Below are positions 39,301-54,400 of a DNA stretch of 64,000 bases, piece by piece. Source of the DNA: Owenia fusiformis. Lineage: Eukaryota. The stretch spans positions 12,586,001 through 12,650,000 of the forward strand of contig CAIIXF020000001.1 of the NCBI GenBank assembly GCA_903813345.2, read 5' to 3'. Every line of letters begins with the position of its first letter. The stretch's first letter is position 1. Position numbers and translations under genes: made by a program. The notes beneath the pieces were generated by a model. The model was not told where the DNA came from. It did not search any database and was given only the letters and a program-made list of their open reading frames with translations.

Positions 39301-42000
39301 ATTTTGAATTTCAGTACAAATTATCACTTAAACTTTTTAATACACATAAGTGCTTGTTTACTATCTAACTGGTCTTGCAAAAATGAGAGCATATCTCTCT
39401 CATTAAGTTAAAAAAATATGTGTTTTGCGAGGATTAATAAATAGTACCATGGGTACTGGGCTCATTTTTTTTCAAAAATGGATCACTTTCAACTTTTCCG
39501 TCACATTTTGCTTCAAGTGTTTCTAATGCATCCATCAAGCTTATGACTTGGCTTTAGCAGATTATATCATATGAACAGAAATTCCCATACCCTATATTAG
39601 TTTTATTCAATATATAGCTTAAGATATTAATGATTGCTATGATGTCTGAAATACCTCTGTGATTTCAGTCTAATTGATGATTTGCGATCACCGAATGGAT
39701 TCTGTCTTTTAGTGACGTCACAATTAGGTCACACAGCTTTAGATGCTTGATTTTGAGAGATTATCTTCTATATTTCGTGCTTTATTGATTTATTTTTCAC
39801 GAAAGCGTTCTATTTGACTAGATCAACATTCATGCTAAGCACATACCAAGTCTAAGGTCTTACTGACATGATTTAGATAGCGGTTTAGCGCCCCCCGATT
39901 TTGACAAAAACGGGGGGCGCTTATAGGCATCGATGTTTAGTATGAATTTCACCCAAACTTCGCATATATATAGACATACTCATGATCTAGTCAAATAGGC
40001 ATACCTGGTAAATATCCGACCCATGGTTTTTATATAAGAAACGACAATATTTTTAGCTCAAAACTGCCACGTGTCCGCCATTTCGTGATTCCATCATGTC
40101 TAATATCATTTCTATATGACGTCATACCAATAAGACGAAATACGTGACAACAGTATCCATAAACAAAATTCCTGAATTCTGATCGCAAAAGGTCAATTGA
40201 CAGCCATATTGACTTCAAAAACTCATTGGTATTTCATATGAGAACACTGTTATTCGAAGCAATAATCCCTGAGTTATAGAAAAAGTGAATTTTCCGCTAC
40301 CAAAAAATGGTGGCCATTTTGAACAGATAGTCATAGGGAGCTTTCATGTATTCACAATTAACAAAAGTAATCTAAAACTAGCATTGTATCAACAGAGGTT
40401 TTAAAACATGCCACTATTGTTAACAGACTGACAGACAAGTGAGTGATTGCAATAGCTCATTATGTGATGTGAGCTAAAACAAATTCATGAATCATTAAAA
40501 AAATATGAAAAAATTAATATCAATCATCTGCATATGATGTCAGCCATACAAATATCAAACAATTATAAATATCAACATACAATTAGATAAGATGACATCC
40601 AGATGTCTGTAGAGCAATTATCAAATACACATTCTTTTGATAAAGTACTTCAATTTAATGTAAATATGTTTACATAGAATTATCAAAACATTAAAGCAAA
40701 ACATAAGATCCTGAAAGAATTAGAGCGAATAATGAATATTTTTTACAAAACAACTAAATATATAGATATATAGACACAGAATATTTTTTCTTAAAACGTT
40801 AGACCTCAAGATCTCATGACTGACCTCTAAATAACCAGACATTTTTTGTAAGTAGTTGATAAGTTATCAAATGAATACACAAAATTGACTTTATACGTGT
40901 TAATAGGATGCAATTACAAAAAATATTTTACCTGCAAAAAGTACTCAGACACACTGAATAAGCATCATGATAATCCATGACATCTCATTTCTTCTCAGCC
41001 CTGAGATGCCATGATATAATGAGCTTGATTTGGCGATCTAGGAGAGCCCAAAATTGAGGATTTTTGAGATCTTTCATCCCAGCTCATATTTCATTTAATT
41101 GGGGTCATTAAACGTGTGTACCTGTGCTTGTGCTAATATATGCTGTTAAATACAATGCCTATTATGTTATGTATTGACATTAAGGTAGATGATTACATGA
41201 TAACAGTCACACTTATAACTCTTCCCATCTGATGTGCTCAGATCACAGAATATGCCTCATAATATCAGAGCATGTTTCAGGTGAAACAGAAAGATGCTAT
41301 GAGTATCAGAATGCTGAATAAGACACACATAAAGATGTCAAAAATGAATAACCCCATTTTACTCAACTTATCCCTTTTAAAGTCCATTCAATTATTTTTT
41401 ATGTGAAACACACAAAGTATGCTTAAGGATTCATACCTTTTTGTTGAGATGGTCCATACTTTTTGTCTTAGTTTGATTATTCGTATACACAGCTTCGCTT
41501 GAGTCAAAATCTTGTAAATGTGGATGAGATAAACTTTTAGTCTGAAAAAATGTCAAAAATCAATATAAACACAGAGTTCGGTTCTTCCTATTTTAAGATA
41601 CATTATTTCAACATATGGTTGAAGACATCATGGATGAATCTTTGTATAATTTCAAAATTTTAAACTGTCAATTTTTTACAAAGGAAACGAAAATAAATAC
41701 ACTATATGATTTACTCACTTTGTGCATATTATAGAGTGTTGGAGAACTGTGTGAGGTGATCTGTCCGTTACATATTGCCTTCTTATCAGGCACATCAGTG
41801 TCATCATCACCTAATAGGTGATCCCTATCAGAGTCTTCTGGTATATCAAGGACATTAATAGGCGGTGGTATCCTATCTACATTGATGTCATGTTGAGGTT
41901 CTTTAGGCCCTATAGGGAGAAGCGTGTCTCTTTCACCATGTTCGATTTCATTTCCTTCAGAGACTGGCACATCTGGGATTCCCCCTTTATCTTCAGACAT
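33399..42000 (-). CDS. 5' exons of a cation diffusion facilitator (Mn-CDF / metal tolerance protein-like) transporter; 3' part not found in the window
   Basis: In-phase exons 42000-41719, 41541-41437, 36193-36061, 33966-33879 and 33546-33399. They encode ...WKLSLSLFTSKKRGKQKDDRKLPKSVKDYYKAQDELIEAFEE...AALLAKITFFANL, which resembles the segment before and including TM1 of Mn-CDF/MTP proteins. A probable non-coding first exon has its donor near 42927. Confidence 0.72.
34276..34701. mobile_element. Small TIR element
   Basis: cagatgcgagtag and ctactcgcatctg are inverted termini. Confidence 0.5.
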
Positions 42001-45000
42001 ATTGGGAGAGTAAGAAGTGTAATGCGTTCTTATTCTCTATTTGTAGTATTCTTACAATCAACTGTATATGACTCCATGTAAAGAAAATAAGACCTAAAAC
42101 AAAGATGTTAAGATACTGTAGCAATGACAGACAACCTTAGTACAATTTCCTCAGTTAGTAATACATGACTGTATTCACGCCTTCTATAAACATTTCATCT
42201 GGGGTATATTCGCAATGAATACCCCTGGTAATACGTGTAATGTGACGTCATAACGACGGGTAGTAGTAATGGCGGACCATAATGAATATTCAAAACATTT
42301 GTGAGTTTTCATGTTCAAATCGTAATAAAGACCTCAGAGCAGGGGTAATATCGTCAAATAATCGAAAACGTTTGTACCTAGCCCTAAGGGGTTGTATTTG
42401 ACGTCATTCGTGTGCAATATGAATATATTTTTCTATATATTATTGCACAATATTATTTAGATTTCTTATATTTCAGGTTTAACTGCTTGCCCTTGAGCAG
42501 GAAGCAGTGTAACAGACTGTAGTCATTATTTATGTTCACCACTTTACATCAATTATTTTGTATCTATCAGCACTGTAGTCCTGGTCTTGAGCAATAAACC
42601 TAGAAACACAATCTCTCCACATTGTATTGTTTTTCTTGTAAAGCTTGGAAACAATTGCACCTGCAGCCCAACTTGTGCAAGTACAATTGAGTGAATTGAC
42701 TGTGGTGGATTGAATTTTTTTTTCCTTTTTTACTCTTGACTTGAGTTTTGTCTTCTCATTACCGATTTTGAACTCCACTTTGGAATCAGTAAATTACCAG
42801 AATAACGTCATATGTCGGACAAGAAATTGTAGATTTACGTGAAAAGACACTAGAGCTGTGTAATTATGCACTTATGAGTTATCACAAGCCATAGGATATC
42901 AGAAAAAACTGTCAAAACTTTACTCACCTGAAATTATCCAAAGTGAAAATTGAAACTAGGTCAATGTAGCCTCGTTTTCAGTTACACTGAACGAAAAAGG
43001 TTTTGAAAGATTTAATGTGTCACACTTTCCAGCACCGGGATGCAGCATACCTTTAAGGTTCACCGTTATTAAGACAATGGATAGTGTTCTATGAAAGTGA
43101 TATTCCATTATAGATGATCAAAATATAATTGATATATGAAGGTCACAGGTATTTCAAATATAGATTGGCCTACCACCCACCCCACAAGGATGAAATTGAA
43201 TTACCTTTTTTGAACCACAGTCAGCTCTATCTATTATAAATTTAATATAATAGACTATAGTCTATTCTAATAACTGAATTATGAATGGTAGTGCTCACCT
43301 CGCCATTTTCCTTTTATTAGGCTTCAGGAGGTCAAACATAATTCAATAATGCCATACTACAACTATATTACTAGTATAGTATGCCACTTGTAAATTGTTT
43401 TTGTTTTTTAAAATCATCTTTTAGTTACCATGAGTTACCACTAGGTATATCAAATTGTAATAGGTGATCACTATGTTTTTTAAATGCCCATTGAAAACCG
43501 AACAAATTCTTAAATTGAATAGAGATATTGAACTAATCACTGGAAACCAATCTCAGTTCAGGACCCAGATGGACAAAATAAACCTTTACTTATTTGCTCA
43601 CCCTTCACTTACTCAGGAACAAATTGACAATCTTTTATCAGTGGTGAGTTTATTTCTTATTGAGCATGCATAGATACATGTACTTGGAAGCTTGTCTACT
43701 ATTGTTCTCAGTCTTACCACTCCTATCTCTACTGCTCTTCTCCCCTTGTTTCCTTCTCTTACATTATACTGTAGTACCATGAAGTCTTCTTTGTAATAAT
43801 GACATATTTAGTTATTTCCATTGTAATAAAGTATCATATGCTCTTTGTTATATCATGTGACAAAGTGCTTTGCTTGCTATAGGATAAGATTCAACTAAAT
43901 ATATTTGGCCATTAGGTATGCACTTTGTGATGTCATAAGAGAGAATTATTATTAAATTATGCTAAAATGCTGTCTCCTTTACTCTGTTTCTAAAAAAACG
44001 AGTTTGAAATCTTTTTGTTTATTCAGTGCAAACAAGAGGTGGATTCAAAGAGGTGAATGCAGGTGAATGTATCAGGACTATTTTATGAGTCATTTTTAAA
44101 GGTTGTAGTGCCTCCAAAAAAGGTATGTAGCAAAGTCTATCCATGGTGCATTTCAAAGGTTATCTTGAACATTTAAAATGTTGGGAGTTTAGGGCCCTGT
44201 AATATCCAAGTAATGTTTCCACTCCATTAATCAACAAACACATTCATGTTCATTTCAAACTGCAAGTAATTAGTTTTTTATTACAGTTTCTCTTTGTAAT
44301 AGTTCTTTGCATCCTTATAGATAAATCACATTTCACTCTATCTCTTAAATAGAGAGCACTTTGCATTTTGTGCCTCTTGCGTAATATTGCACCGAGCATG
44401 GGCGATGCCCTGGACAATATATCAATAACTCTATTATATTTTTTTTTATTAAATAACACTGTCACCCAACACAACAACGTGGTTCGTGACATCACATACA
44501 GCAACCACATATAAAACATTCTGAAATTTTTCTCAAAAAAATAAATTCATTTTTCGAGTTCATATTTTCTTTTCACTATATATTTTGCATATAAGTTATG
44601 TCCATATTGCAACAATGTATGTTGTGTATAAGTATATGAGAAAAGTACTGTACAGTTTTATATATATATATATATATATATGTTCCCCTTTAACATCTTA
44701 ACTAACAATAGTACACAGGAGATCAATACATATTTGACATGAGCAAGTTATAATTTTTGTGTAAACATCAAAATAATTCTATCAAATTCAACACTAAAAT
44801 GGATACACATTTAATACTCTATTGTCTGATTGGCAAACTGAACCGTGTAATAACATTATCACTATCAATCAAAACAATTTTCGACATAATAAAAAAAATC
44901 TAGCAAAGTGAAGCTCTATGCTTCAGTTGATATGTCGTCATCACATGAAGGTCTGTCTCGAATTTGAACTAGGCATGATGCAACAGTCATTACATTTCCA

Positions 45001-45490
45001 GTATACAGTACTTATATGACCTAATAATTATTCCCATCTCAGATTTCAAACCAAACTAAAAGATAAAAATAAATGAAAATTACATAACATTAAGGTTTGA
45101 TAAAGGAGACAGGTTCTAGTTTCTAGCAGATGATACATATTAACATATTCTAACTCTATTCCATCCCATAATAACAATAACGACAAGTTTCTGGTTAGAA
45201 CACACATGACCACATTATAGGATAAACACCCATCCATGCTAAGCTCCCGGGTTGCATTTTTATTTTTATTTTTTAGAGTTTTCTGCTTATTATTTATATG
45301 GAGAGCGAAGCAGGAAGGATCATCCCCTGCTGAGAGAAGTATAACTAAAACTATTAGCTATATTCTAAGTCCTTATTCCAAGCTTGGATAACATACAAGA
45401 AGCTTGTTGTGAAATGTTTCAATAGCACAATGCTTTACAGTGCCCAGTGTTGGTGACTAGGGTCCAGCGGTGCACGTGTAATCTAGTACG

Positions 45491-48400
45491 CTAGTGTTTG
45501 CGACTAGGGCCCCATGAGACAGGTGGTTTGGTAGGGGCTACCTGGGACATCTCAGGGAATTCCTCATCATTATCCAGGTCGGGAGCAGCTGAGCTCCAAG
45601 GGGCTCCAGCAACAAAGTAGCCTTGCTGTTTCTGTTTGTTTGACTTGTCATCTTGCCTCTTTGGGGCAGTGTACTGCTCCATCATTATGGAATCATTGAT
45701 ATCTTGAAGCTGAAATAACAAATAATAAAATTTAAAAAAAGATTATTAATGCTAGTTCCATAACATGTGTATCCATTTGAGGAATTTAATTAGGCCTAAT
45801 TGATGGTCTCAAATATTCACATATTCAGCTTCTGATCTATACACACCAGCTAATATGATAAAATCAGATTTAAATGAATAAAGATTTTAGTGAAAACAAT
45901 AAGACTCATGAATATCTCCTAAGCAAATGATTGGATCCAATTGAGTTGTTAAATTTAAGTTTAACAAGTCAAACATACATATTCTTCCTCGAGCAGAAGC
46001 AGTTGATCTTTGCAGTCTTCCACATCATCCTCAGCTCCAGACACAACCACGATGTTCTGATCAGCTGCTGAAGCTGGAGGGAACTTGATATCTACACGAT
46101 AGTCATCCATGATCTTGCGAATGTTACGTCCCTTGCCACCAATTAGACGACGGTGAACACGGCTATCAATAGACACCTCTACGGAATACATGTCCTCCTG
46201 TAAGATTATAACATACATGAGTAAAACAAAGAATGTGAATGAGCATAACATGTGGTGGTGACATAACATGCAAAATGGGAAAATTAGATAAATGAATTAA
46301 TAATTGTTGATAAACAATACAATGCATTTAATAAATAAGCCTACCAGATCCTTCACAATCTTCAAAATGTCAGCTTCTGCAGCTTTAGCATTCTCTTCAT
46401 AGCCGGTGATGGTGATCACTTCTTGTTTCTCGCTGCCTCTATCAGGGAACTGAATATTAACATCATTGTCCGTGCGAATCTTGTTGACAACAGCACCGCG
46501 ACGTCCAATGATCTTTGGGTGATAAATTGGGTCTACCGTTACATCTAGCTGGAAACTTTTCAGTTCCTAAAATACCCAGAATGTAGATGTTTCATTATCA
46601 TAGTATAACGGATAACTTTCAGATATATATTACACATGTAAGGCCTCAACACAGCATAGGCCCAGTCATACAGTTTTGCACCAATCTTAACTCCTTTCAA
46701 GTGGTTTTTGGCCAACATTGTCAAATGTGAAACCCCTGGAATTTTTTGAAAAGTGAACCCCTTTGGCAAAAGTGGATTACAGGCCTGCACAGTAAGTTAG
46801 TAACAACACACAATGACAATAGCTATGCATTCTACCAAGAACACTCTATCCACACCGATTTCTCTCTCAATGTTATATTCCATTTGTACACTACACCTGG
46901 AATAATTTAACAATAGAAGACCAATATATTAATCCAATAGTATAGAGCTCTCAAAGATTATCCGTAATCTAAATGCAGGTACAATTATTACATATACCCA
47001 ATAACAATACCATTGGATTAAGGATTATGACCAGTACAGTACAAGTAGATGTTATTATAGAAATTCTAGAAACTTGACTAAGATGTGAATAAAAAGTGAG
47101 TTGGTGCAATAAGGCTGAGGCTAGAAGATGGCCATTCAAATTAGCAACATAAGTAAAATATTTGCCTCTCCAGGTATATACTTGACTACAATAATATGCT
47201 GGCAAATAATTTTTTTTTTGAAATTTGATGGAAAAACAGGATGTCTGAAAACAAGTAAAAGACATCACAGAGAAATATTCCATACTAATAGAATTGACAA
47301 AAGAAAATCAAACATTGTCATTGAACAAGGACATCTTCCACGGCTTCTGGAGGAGACAGAACAAGGAACACCAAGAAAGACATTAGTCTTAGGAAATCAT
47401 AAACCGCATCAAGCACCAAAACTGTTGACAATTTTTACAACATTTTCTGAGCATGACAAATCAATGTTTGGAATTCAAAATAACACAATTTGCAATTTTG
47501 CACATTTTCCTGGAAAGATTACAAATCTGGTTGTGTTTGTGACTGAAAGTTTCCATCAGAATCGTCCAATCAAATGTTCACATACCTGTTTGAATGACAC
47601 AATATGTGATACAGTACATCCGAAGTGGAGCATTATTCATCTTAACAAAACTCTTATGCCAAATGGCAAGAGACCAATCCTGAAATCAATGTTTCTTGAA
47701 GTACAGCGGCAGTTTAGTTCAGAGTTTTATATGTACACTAACAATGACATCTTGTTTCACACTGACAGACTGCTCAACAGTCTGAAAACCATCAGTGTGC
47801 ATACAAAGACTGAGAAAATGAAGAATTACCTCATAACTGGAGGTAGAAGAAATGAGAAATTCTACGATCCAACAAAACAAGCTACAAAAATCTTAAAATC
47901 TGGCAAAGATGATGAAATAATGCAAATAAGCAGAACAGCACAAAAAATGAACGGAAATGATAAGGAATATCTTATCACAGGGAGGGACTCGTTTCCCTGG
48001 AAATCAATTCCAAACTTTGTGATTGGTGCACCATTTTACGCAGATTGGCTGATCCTATACTGCAACAAGCTATATACTGCAACATTTGATGTGTCATACA
48101 CTACAATGGCTATACACCAAGAAGGCCAAGAGCTTGCTGATAAACACACGCAAATGACAACCAGTCTCGACAACATCAATGCTGATATCTTCAAACGCTT
48201 TGTTAAACATGAATATAACATAAAACAAAGTAATTTGAAATGTTGTACCTACAGAACATTGTTTAAGAAGGATTTCAGATTTTATGTACAGAAAAATCCA
48301 TTGTTCATTTCAAAAAACTGTATTTTGAAAGACATGCAACTTCCTAATCCAGGTTGAAACACATGCTCAAAATGTTGAGAATAATTGTTTTTCATGTGGA

Positions 48401-51400
48401 GAACAATTGTTTATTGTCATGCTGACAAGTGTTTTTCATGTAGAAAACTAGTGTATATTGTGTAATGTAAACATTAAATGAATATTCAGACTGAAACAAA
48501 ATTAAAATGTTTTTGATCTGTCAAAAGTACATATTATATATGCACAGCTATTGTTAGTAATATTAATTTTTCGCTTCTCTCTTCTTTTGAACGCAATGAA
48601 ACATTTCTCAGGTCTCAGCATTTACTTACAATACAAACAATTCACTCACAAATACACCATAAAAAAACACACACACATTACATAGAGCTTTCTTAATATT
48701 ACTCACTCTGTCTTCCCTCTCCTTCTCCAGAACTTCAATCTTCTCCAAAAGAGCAGCCTTGGCTTTTTCCACAGCAGCTGGTGCGCCACTGACCTTTACT
48801 ACCTCAGACTTAGCCATGGCTGGGGGGATGGATATGCTAACATCAAACTCTTCCATCATCTTGCGCACATCTCGTCCCTTCTGGCCAATGATGAATCGAT
48901 GGAAGTCATATGGTACCATCACCTCTTCAGTTACTGGGACAAGGTCCTGAAAAATTGGATCAATTTCTGATGTCAACAATTTATGGAGACCTTATTGGAA
49001 TAATATATCCAAATATATGTGACTCATCAATGACAAACAGCATGAAACTCATAATTTATGAACTTTATCTACTTGTAAAAGTTGCATTATATTCATCCGA
49101 GATCGAACTTTAAGTCATGGGCTGGGTACACAAATATATCCCAAATCTAAATGAGAGAAATGTGAATTAACATCATATACAAGTGGTGAATGTCATATCA
49201 AGTGTTTTTGTGTACAAGTTCTGCTGTACCTTGAGAGCTTGACTAGCTGCCTCACATTTTTCCTTCTGGCCAGTGATGAGGATAATGTCACACTTGCGTG
49301 GTGTGGCGACATCACCTTCACTGCTGACAGAGTTAGAGTCACCGTTGACAGTTGGCTCCTCACCATCTACACTCTCAGCCGCTACATCACCTGTAAATAC
49401 ACATTTTAATATATGTTTGAAATACATAATTTTTTTTGTCTTTTTTGATTAAGTTATTATCTCAAGATCGGTAAATAAAAATGGAAAAATCGATACCTGT
49501 TACATTTAAGCGATTGCAAACAAGAATGGTTTCTCAGTTTCAAGGTCAACGCTTATTGGTTAAGGTCATCTTAAGGTCAAAGGTTTATATGTAGGTATTT
49601 GGCAGTTTAAGGCCCTCAGAACTGGAGGATTGCTAGTTTCTGTAAAATTGTGATAGAAATATTCCAAGTTTTGAGTTAAAACAAGTAACTTACCATCACC
49701 ACCACCATTCTGGGCAGGGGGAGGGATAGGTCTATCAGGGAACTTGATGCCAACATCATGGTCCTTGGTGATTTGTTGCACCTTTGAGCCCTTGGCTCCC
49801 ATCACTGTGCGGTGATACTTCTGCTCAATGACACACTCAATGGTCACTTGGGAAGCCTGGAACATACAGAAAAATCAAGGTGTAAAATATAGCCTACAGT
49901 GGCATTTGAACCTGTTTGTATGAGGGATTATCTTATGTTCAATTGCCTCACTCACTCACTGACCTGGAAAGGTCAATATGAAATATAATAACTCAAATAA
50001 ATTTATTAGAGGTATCATTACCTTTATTTTATAATATAACTGGGCAAAGTAATAGTATGGGACAATAATAAAATGTCAAACCAATAGTAGCTTTTCACCT
50101 GATAAACAAATAAAGTGAATCTTACCAGATCACTCACGATCTCAAGAATGCGATCCTTTGCTCCCTCTACACAATTCTTGGCCCCCTTCAGTACGACTCT
50201 GTCACTCTTGACCCCACTACGTGGGAAGCTGACAGACACACCACCAAAGTCTTCTTCAATTTGACGCAGAACTTCACCACGACGTGCGACAAAGTGTCGA
50301 TGGTATTTGCTATCAACATTGATTTCAACTTCAGCAACATTCTCCTACAAATCAGATTTATAAATTTCAATTACTAGGGATTTCATACTATTTTAAGACA
50401 ACCTTTACTCAAATACAGATAATTAGTAGATTTCCAGAAAGGAAACATAGATTAATTCTGAAATAAAGTCATATGCAAAAATATACCTCTAATTCAAACA
50501 TTTTCTAGTTCAAATTGGTAATCATTATTTTAATTTTTTTTGTCAACATTCACCTATTACAGGGCGTTCAATAAGTATTGCTAATTTTGCTCTAACTTTT
50601 GTTCTGTTTGCTTTTTCTTCATGAAACTTTCACAACATAAGATACACATATACTTTATTCTATCAAAGTTTCAGGACAATCGAGCCAGTACTATTAAAGT
50701 TATGGTTACTCAGGTAACCAGTATCATGGATATGCGGGGCAAATTTCTGACGTCACTTTGGACGACATTTTGAGTGTTGAAAGCAGTATCATTTTATGCC
50801 GTTTAACTCTTGGGATATGCAGTGCAGTTATAAATAATCCGTTCCAGAGTCACTTCATGATCCATATTAACTTCTGAGGTGCTCAAAACAGGCAGGTACC
50901 CTTAACAATGCCTTAACGTCAATGCACAGTTGCTGTCTGGCGACCCACTCTTGGTACACATTTTTGAAGCCACCCTTAAAGTGTGTGGTTAGGGAGGTGT
51001 TCGCTGCAGTTATCAGCTGATTGAGGTTCTGGTGCGATATTCCCCTCAGATCCCTTTTCACTGAGGCAAATACAACAAAATCAAGAGGGGCCTTATCTAA
51101 AAATATGCTACGTGGGGCAATGCTTCCACGCTAAGCTCTGTTATTGTATTTATATAGGAGAGTAGAGGATCTGTGAGCAGGGGCGTTATCCTGGTGGACC
51201 GTATATGTCGATATTGCTCTTCGAGGATGTTGAAGTGTGGCTAGGGATGTGCAGTGTTCACTGCAGACATCCGCTGATTGAGATTCTAGACTCTAGTGCA
51301 ATATTCCTCTCAAATCTCTTTTCACCGCTGTTAGATAATACATATAATTCAACTGACAACATCAAGATTTGACCATATCAACTGTTTTTATTCATCAAAG

Positions 51401-54400
51401 TGTTTATTTGATGTATAACAATAATTCATTATGTAAACCCTTAAGGTTGCCCCACGTATCCTTAACAATGGTTACCCTAGTAACCATAACTTTGTCAATT
51501 CTAAGTCGGTTGTCCAGAAATTTGGATAGAATAAGGTCAGATATGTGTTGCTTATGTTGTAAAAGTTTCATGGAGAAATATGCAACATTACAAAAGTTAT
51601 AACAAAATTAGCAATACTTATTGAACGCCATACAAGCCACAAAACATGTTAATTTACACATGATGCAAAAATAACTGATTACTCTTACCAGTTGCTTGAT
51701 AAGGGTTTCGAGTTGAGCTTTTGCTGCTGCAACTTGGTCTTCCTTCCCGATGATGACAATGGTTTCCTTATCTGGATCATCATTTGAAGGGAAAACTACC
51801 CGAGCTCCTGTATTGTCCCGAACCTTTCTGATGTTGACTCCACCTCGACCAATCAGGAACTTGTGGAAATTTGGCTCCGCTTTCACCTCAGCACTGTGGC
51901 TTGACTCTTTCTGTAAATCAAATAACAGTTCTTTTACTCAGCAGGAAAATGAGGGAAAAATAAATCATGAATTGTAACAATAAGAGGACTGAATTCCAGT
52001 TTATATTACCCTTTGTGCTGAACTCACTAAATTACTCTTAAATTTCACCACTCAAATCAACAGCAATTTTGTCTCATGTTTAAATAAGTTAATGTACAGT
52101 CAGCATAAGCAAACTGCAAAATGATTGATCCAAGTTAGAGGATAGTGTAATACTGTAGGTGTTTACACCAAAATTGGACATTGTTAACTAGATAACGGCA
52201 ACTCCGCGGAGTAGCAAATCCCAACGAACAAAATATCAATTACCGAATTCCAATCAATTATACTCATTACTTTGGTTAAAATTGAAAAAATTAGATTTTA
52301 GAATTGTGAATTCCTGCAAAGCAGCCATTTTGAATTTTATGAGGTACAAATCTGAAAAATAATACCATAATTGTGATCTACTCCAAAATTCCTTCAATTT
52401 GAGTATAATAAAGCCATACTTTGAAGGGATCGAAAAATTATTGCAAAATCGTAGATTAGACGGCCATTTTGAATCTTACGAGGCTCAAATAAGAAAAAAG
52501 ATACAATATTTGCAATCTACTCTTAATTGCCTTTCATTTGAGTATAATAAAGCTATACTTCAGAAAGATCTAAAAATTAGCGAAAATTTCTGTTTTCCTG
52601 TCCCCCCCACACGGTCCCTGGGGGTCAGGATGAAAAACACGGAATATATGTGAAATAGATGAATGTTCTGAATATACTACCAAAATTTCAAACAATAATA
52701 TTAATTACTTTGGTTTAGAATGAAAAATTTATGATTTTTGCGAAAAAGTCCCGTCATTTTTAAAGTGGCAGCCATCTTGAAAAAAACTAGTATTTGAGTT
52801 ATCTTCCGGACAGACGGACGGACTGACTGACTGACTGACGGATGGACGGCTTCACTATATCCCTACCGAACTTCGTTCGTTGGGATAATTACCTTATCAG
52901 CAGCTCTTTCCTCCAGTTCAACTCTTGCTCTCTCTACATCCTCAATGGGGCCCCGGATCACCACCTTGTCACTGCTTGATCCCTCTGGTGGAAACCTAAT
53001 GATGACACCACCGCATTCCTGGGCTATGGCACGAATCAGATGACCCTTAGCACCAATGATGGTGTTGTGGAACTTGTGAGGAATCTCTATAGTAAGCTCT
53101 TTGATGTTGGCCTAGAAAATTAGTATTAAAATACATGTATTCAATGATAAAAATCTATTAGATCCTTTATTGGGATTTTGTTGCTGATAACCTCACTACA
53201 AAATGATAAACTTACAAAGTGCTGTTATAATTTGTACATGTGAATCAAAAGTATGACATTAAATTTACTTACCAATTCTTTTTGAATTGCTTCAATTTTG
53301 ACCTTTGCAGCATCAACATTAGCTTTTTTACCCGTAATAACGATGACATCACTATCGCTGTTTTCACTTGGCAGATCAATACGCGTGTCAGTGTCATCAC
53401 GTATGCGCCTGATGTTAGCTCCACCTTTCCCAATGACATTTTTGTGGAATTGCTTGAATATGTGAACTTCAGACTGGTAGTTTACAGCAATCTAAAATAT
53501 GAATGTCAACATGATTTAGAGAAATGTTACAAGGGATCCTACTCTGTGTAATGTAATTTAGCAATGGCTCACAAATTCATTTTCAATTTTTCAACTATAA
53601 CTCTGATATATATCAAAAAAGTGAACCGCATTTTGACAACTATTTTCTCAACAATATTTATAGCACTTTTTAATGATACTCTATAGTTCCTCAACAAAAA
53701 TTTTCGAACAATTGCCCTTGCCTATTGCTGAGAAAATACTCAAATTAAAAATTGGGTTTGCCTACTTTGCACACTGCATGTCAGGGAGTTTGACATGTAA
53801 GTACCTGTTTAGAAGCTTATAGATATGTCAAGAGAGAACATACCATATTGTACTGATTTCTTACCAATTCTTGCTGGAGGTTTTGCATATACTTGGCACA
53901 CTTTTCAACATCTGTTTTGGGCCCTAGAAGAGTGACAACATCAGTTTTCTTGCCAGGTTCAGGGAACTTCACTTGTACTTGGTTGAATTTATCACGAATC
54001 TCTTTGATTTTATCACCCTTAGCCCCGATTATATTTTTATGGAAGCGCTGTTCAATCAGAATGTCCTTGGTACGTTCATTCTCCTACAAAAAAGGCAATG
54101 CATAAACATTAAGTAGGGCATGTCCTATGAAAAGTTCAGAGTCAGATTTTCATTTATATTAATTTAGACTAACTAGCAACTCTGAGGTGGTACGATACGA
54201 AACGAGTTCAAACTTTTCACACCATTAAAACAAAACAAAGCTGCAAAAATGATTTCTTTTGTGTGTGCAAATAAATCAATCAATTCACGAGGGTATAGTA
54301 ATTATAGCCTCTCAAAACAGCCAAAAGGCAATGGAAATTGTGGGTGAAGTAAACTTGGATGTAAAAAGTGCATGAACTCACCATTCTCTGGACCATTTCC

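Noticed and set aside
35460-39660. Two similar segments of about 200 bp (35460-35670 and 39470-39660)
   Set aside because: They are non-coding intronic copies of an ordinary dispersed repeat, not duplicated exons.
43464-43673. ORF with a GTGAGT donor-like site near 43643
   Set aside because: I found no partner exons or recognisable protein similarity, so the support is insufficient.
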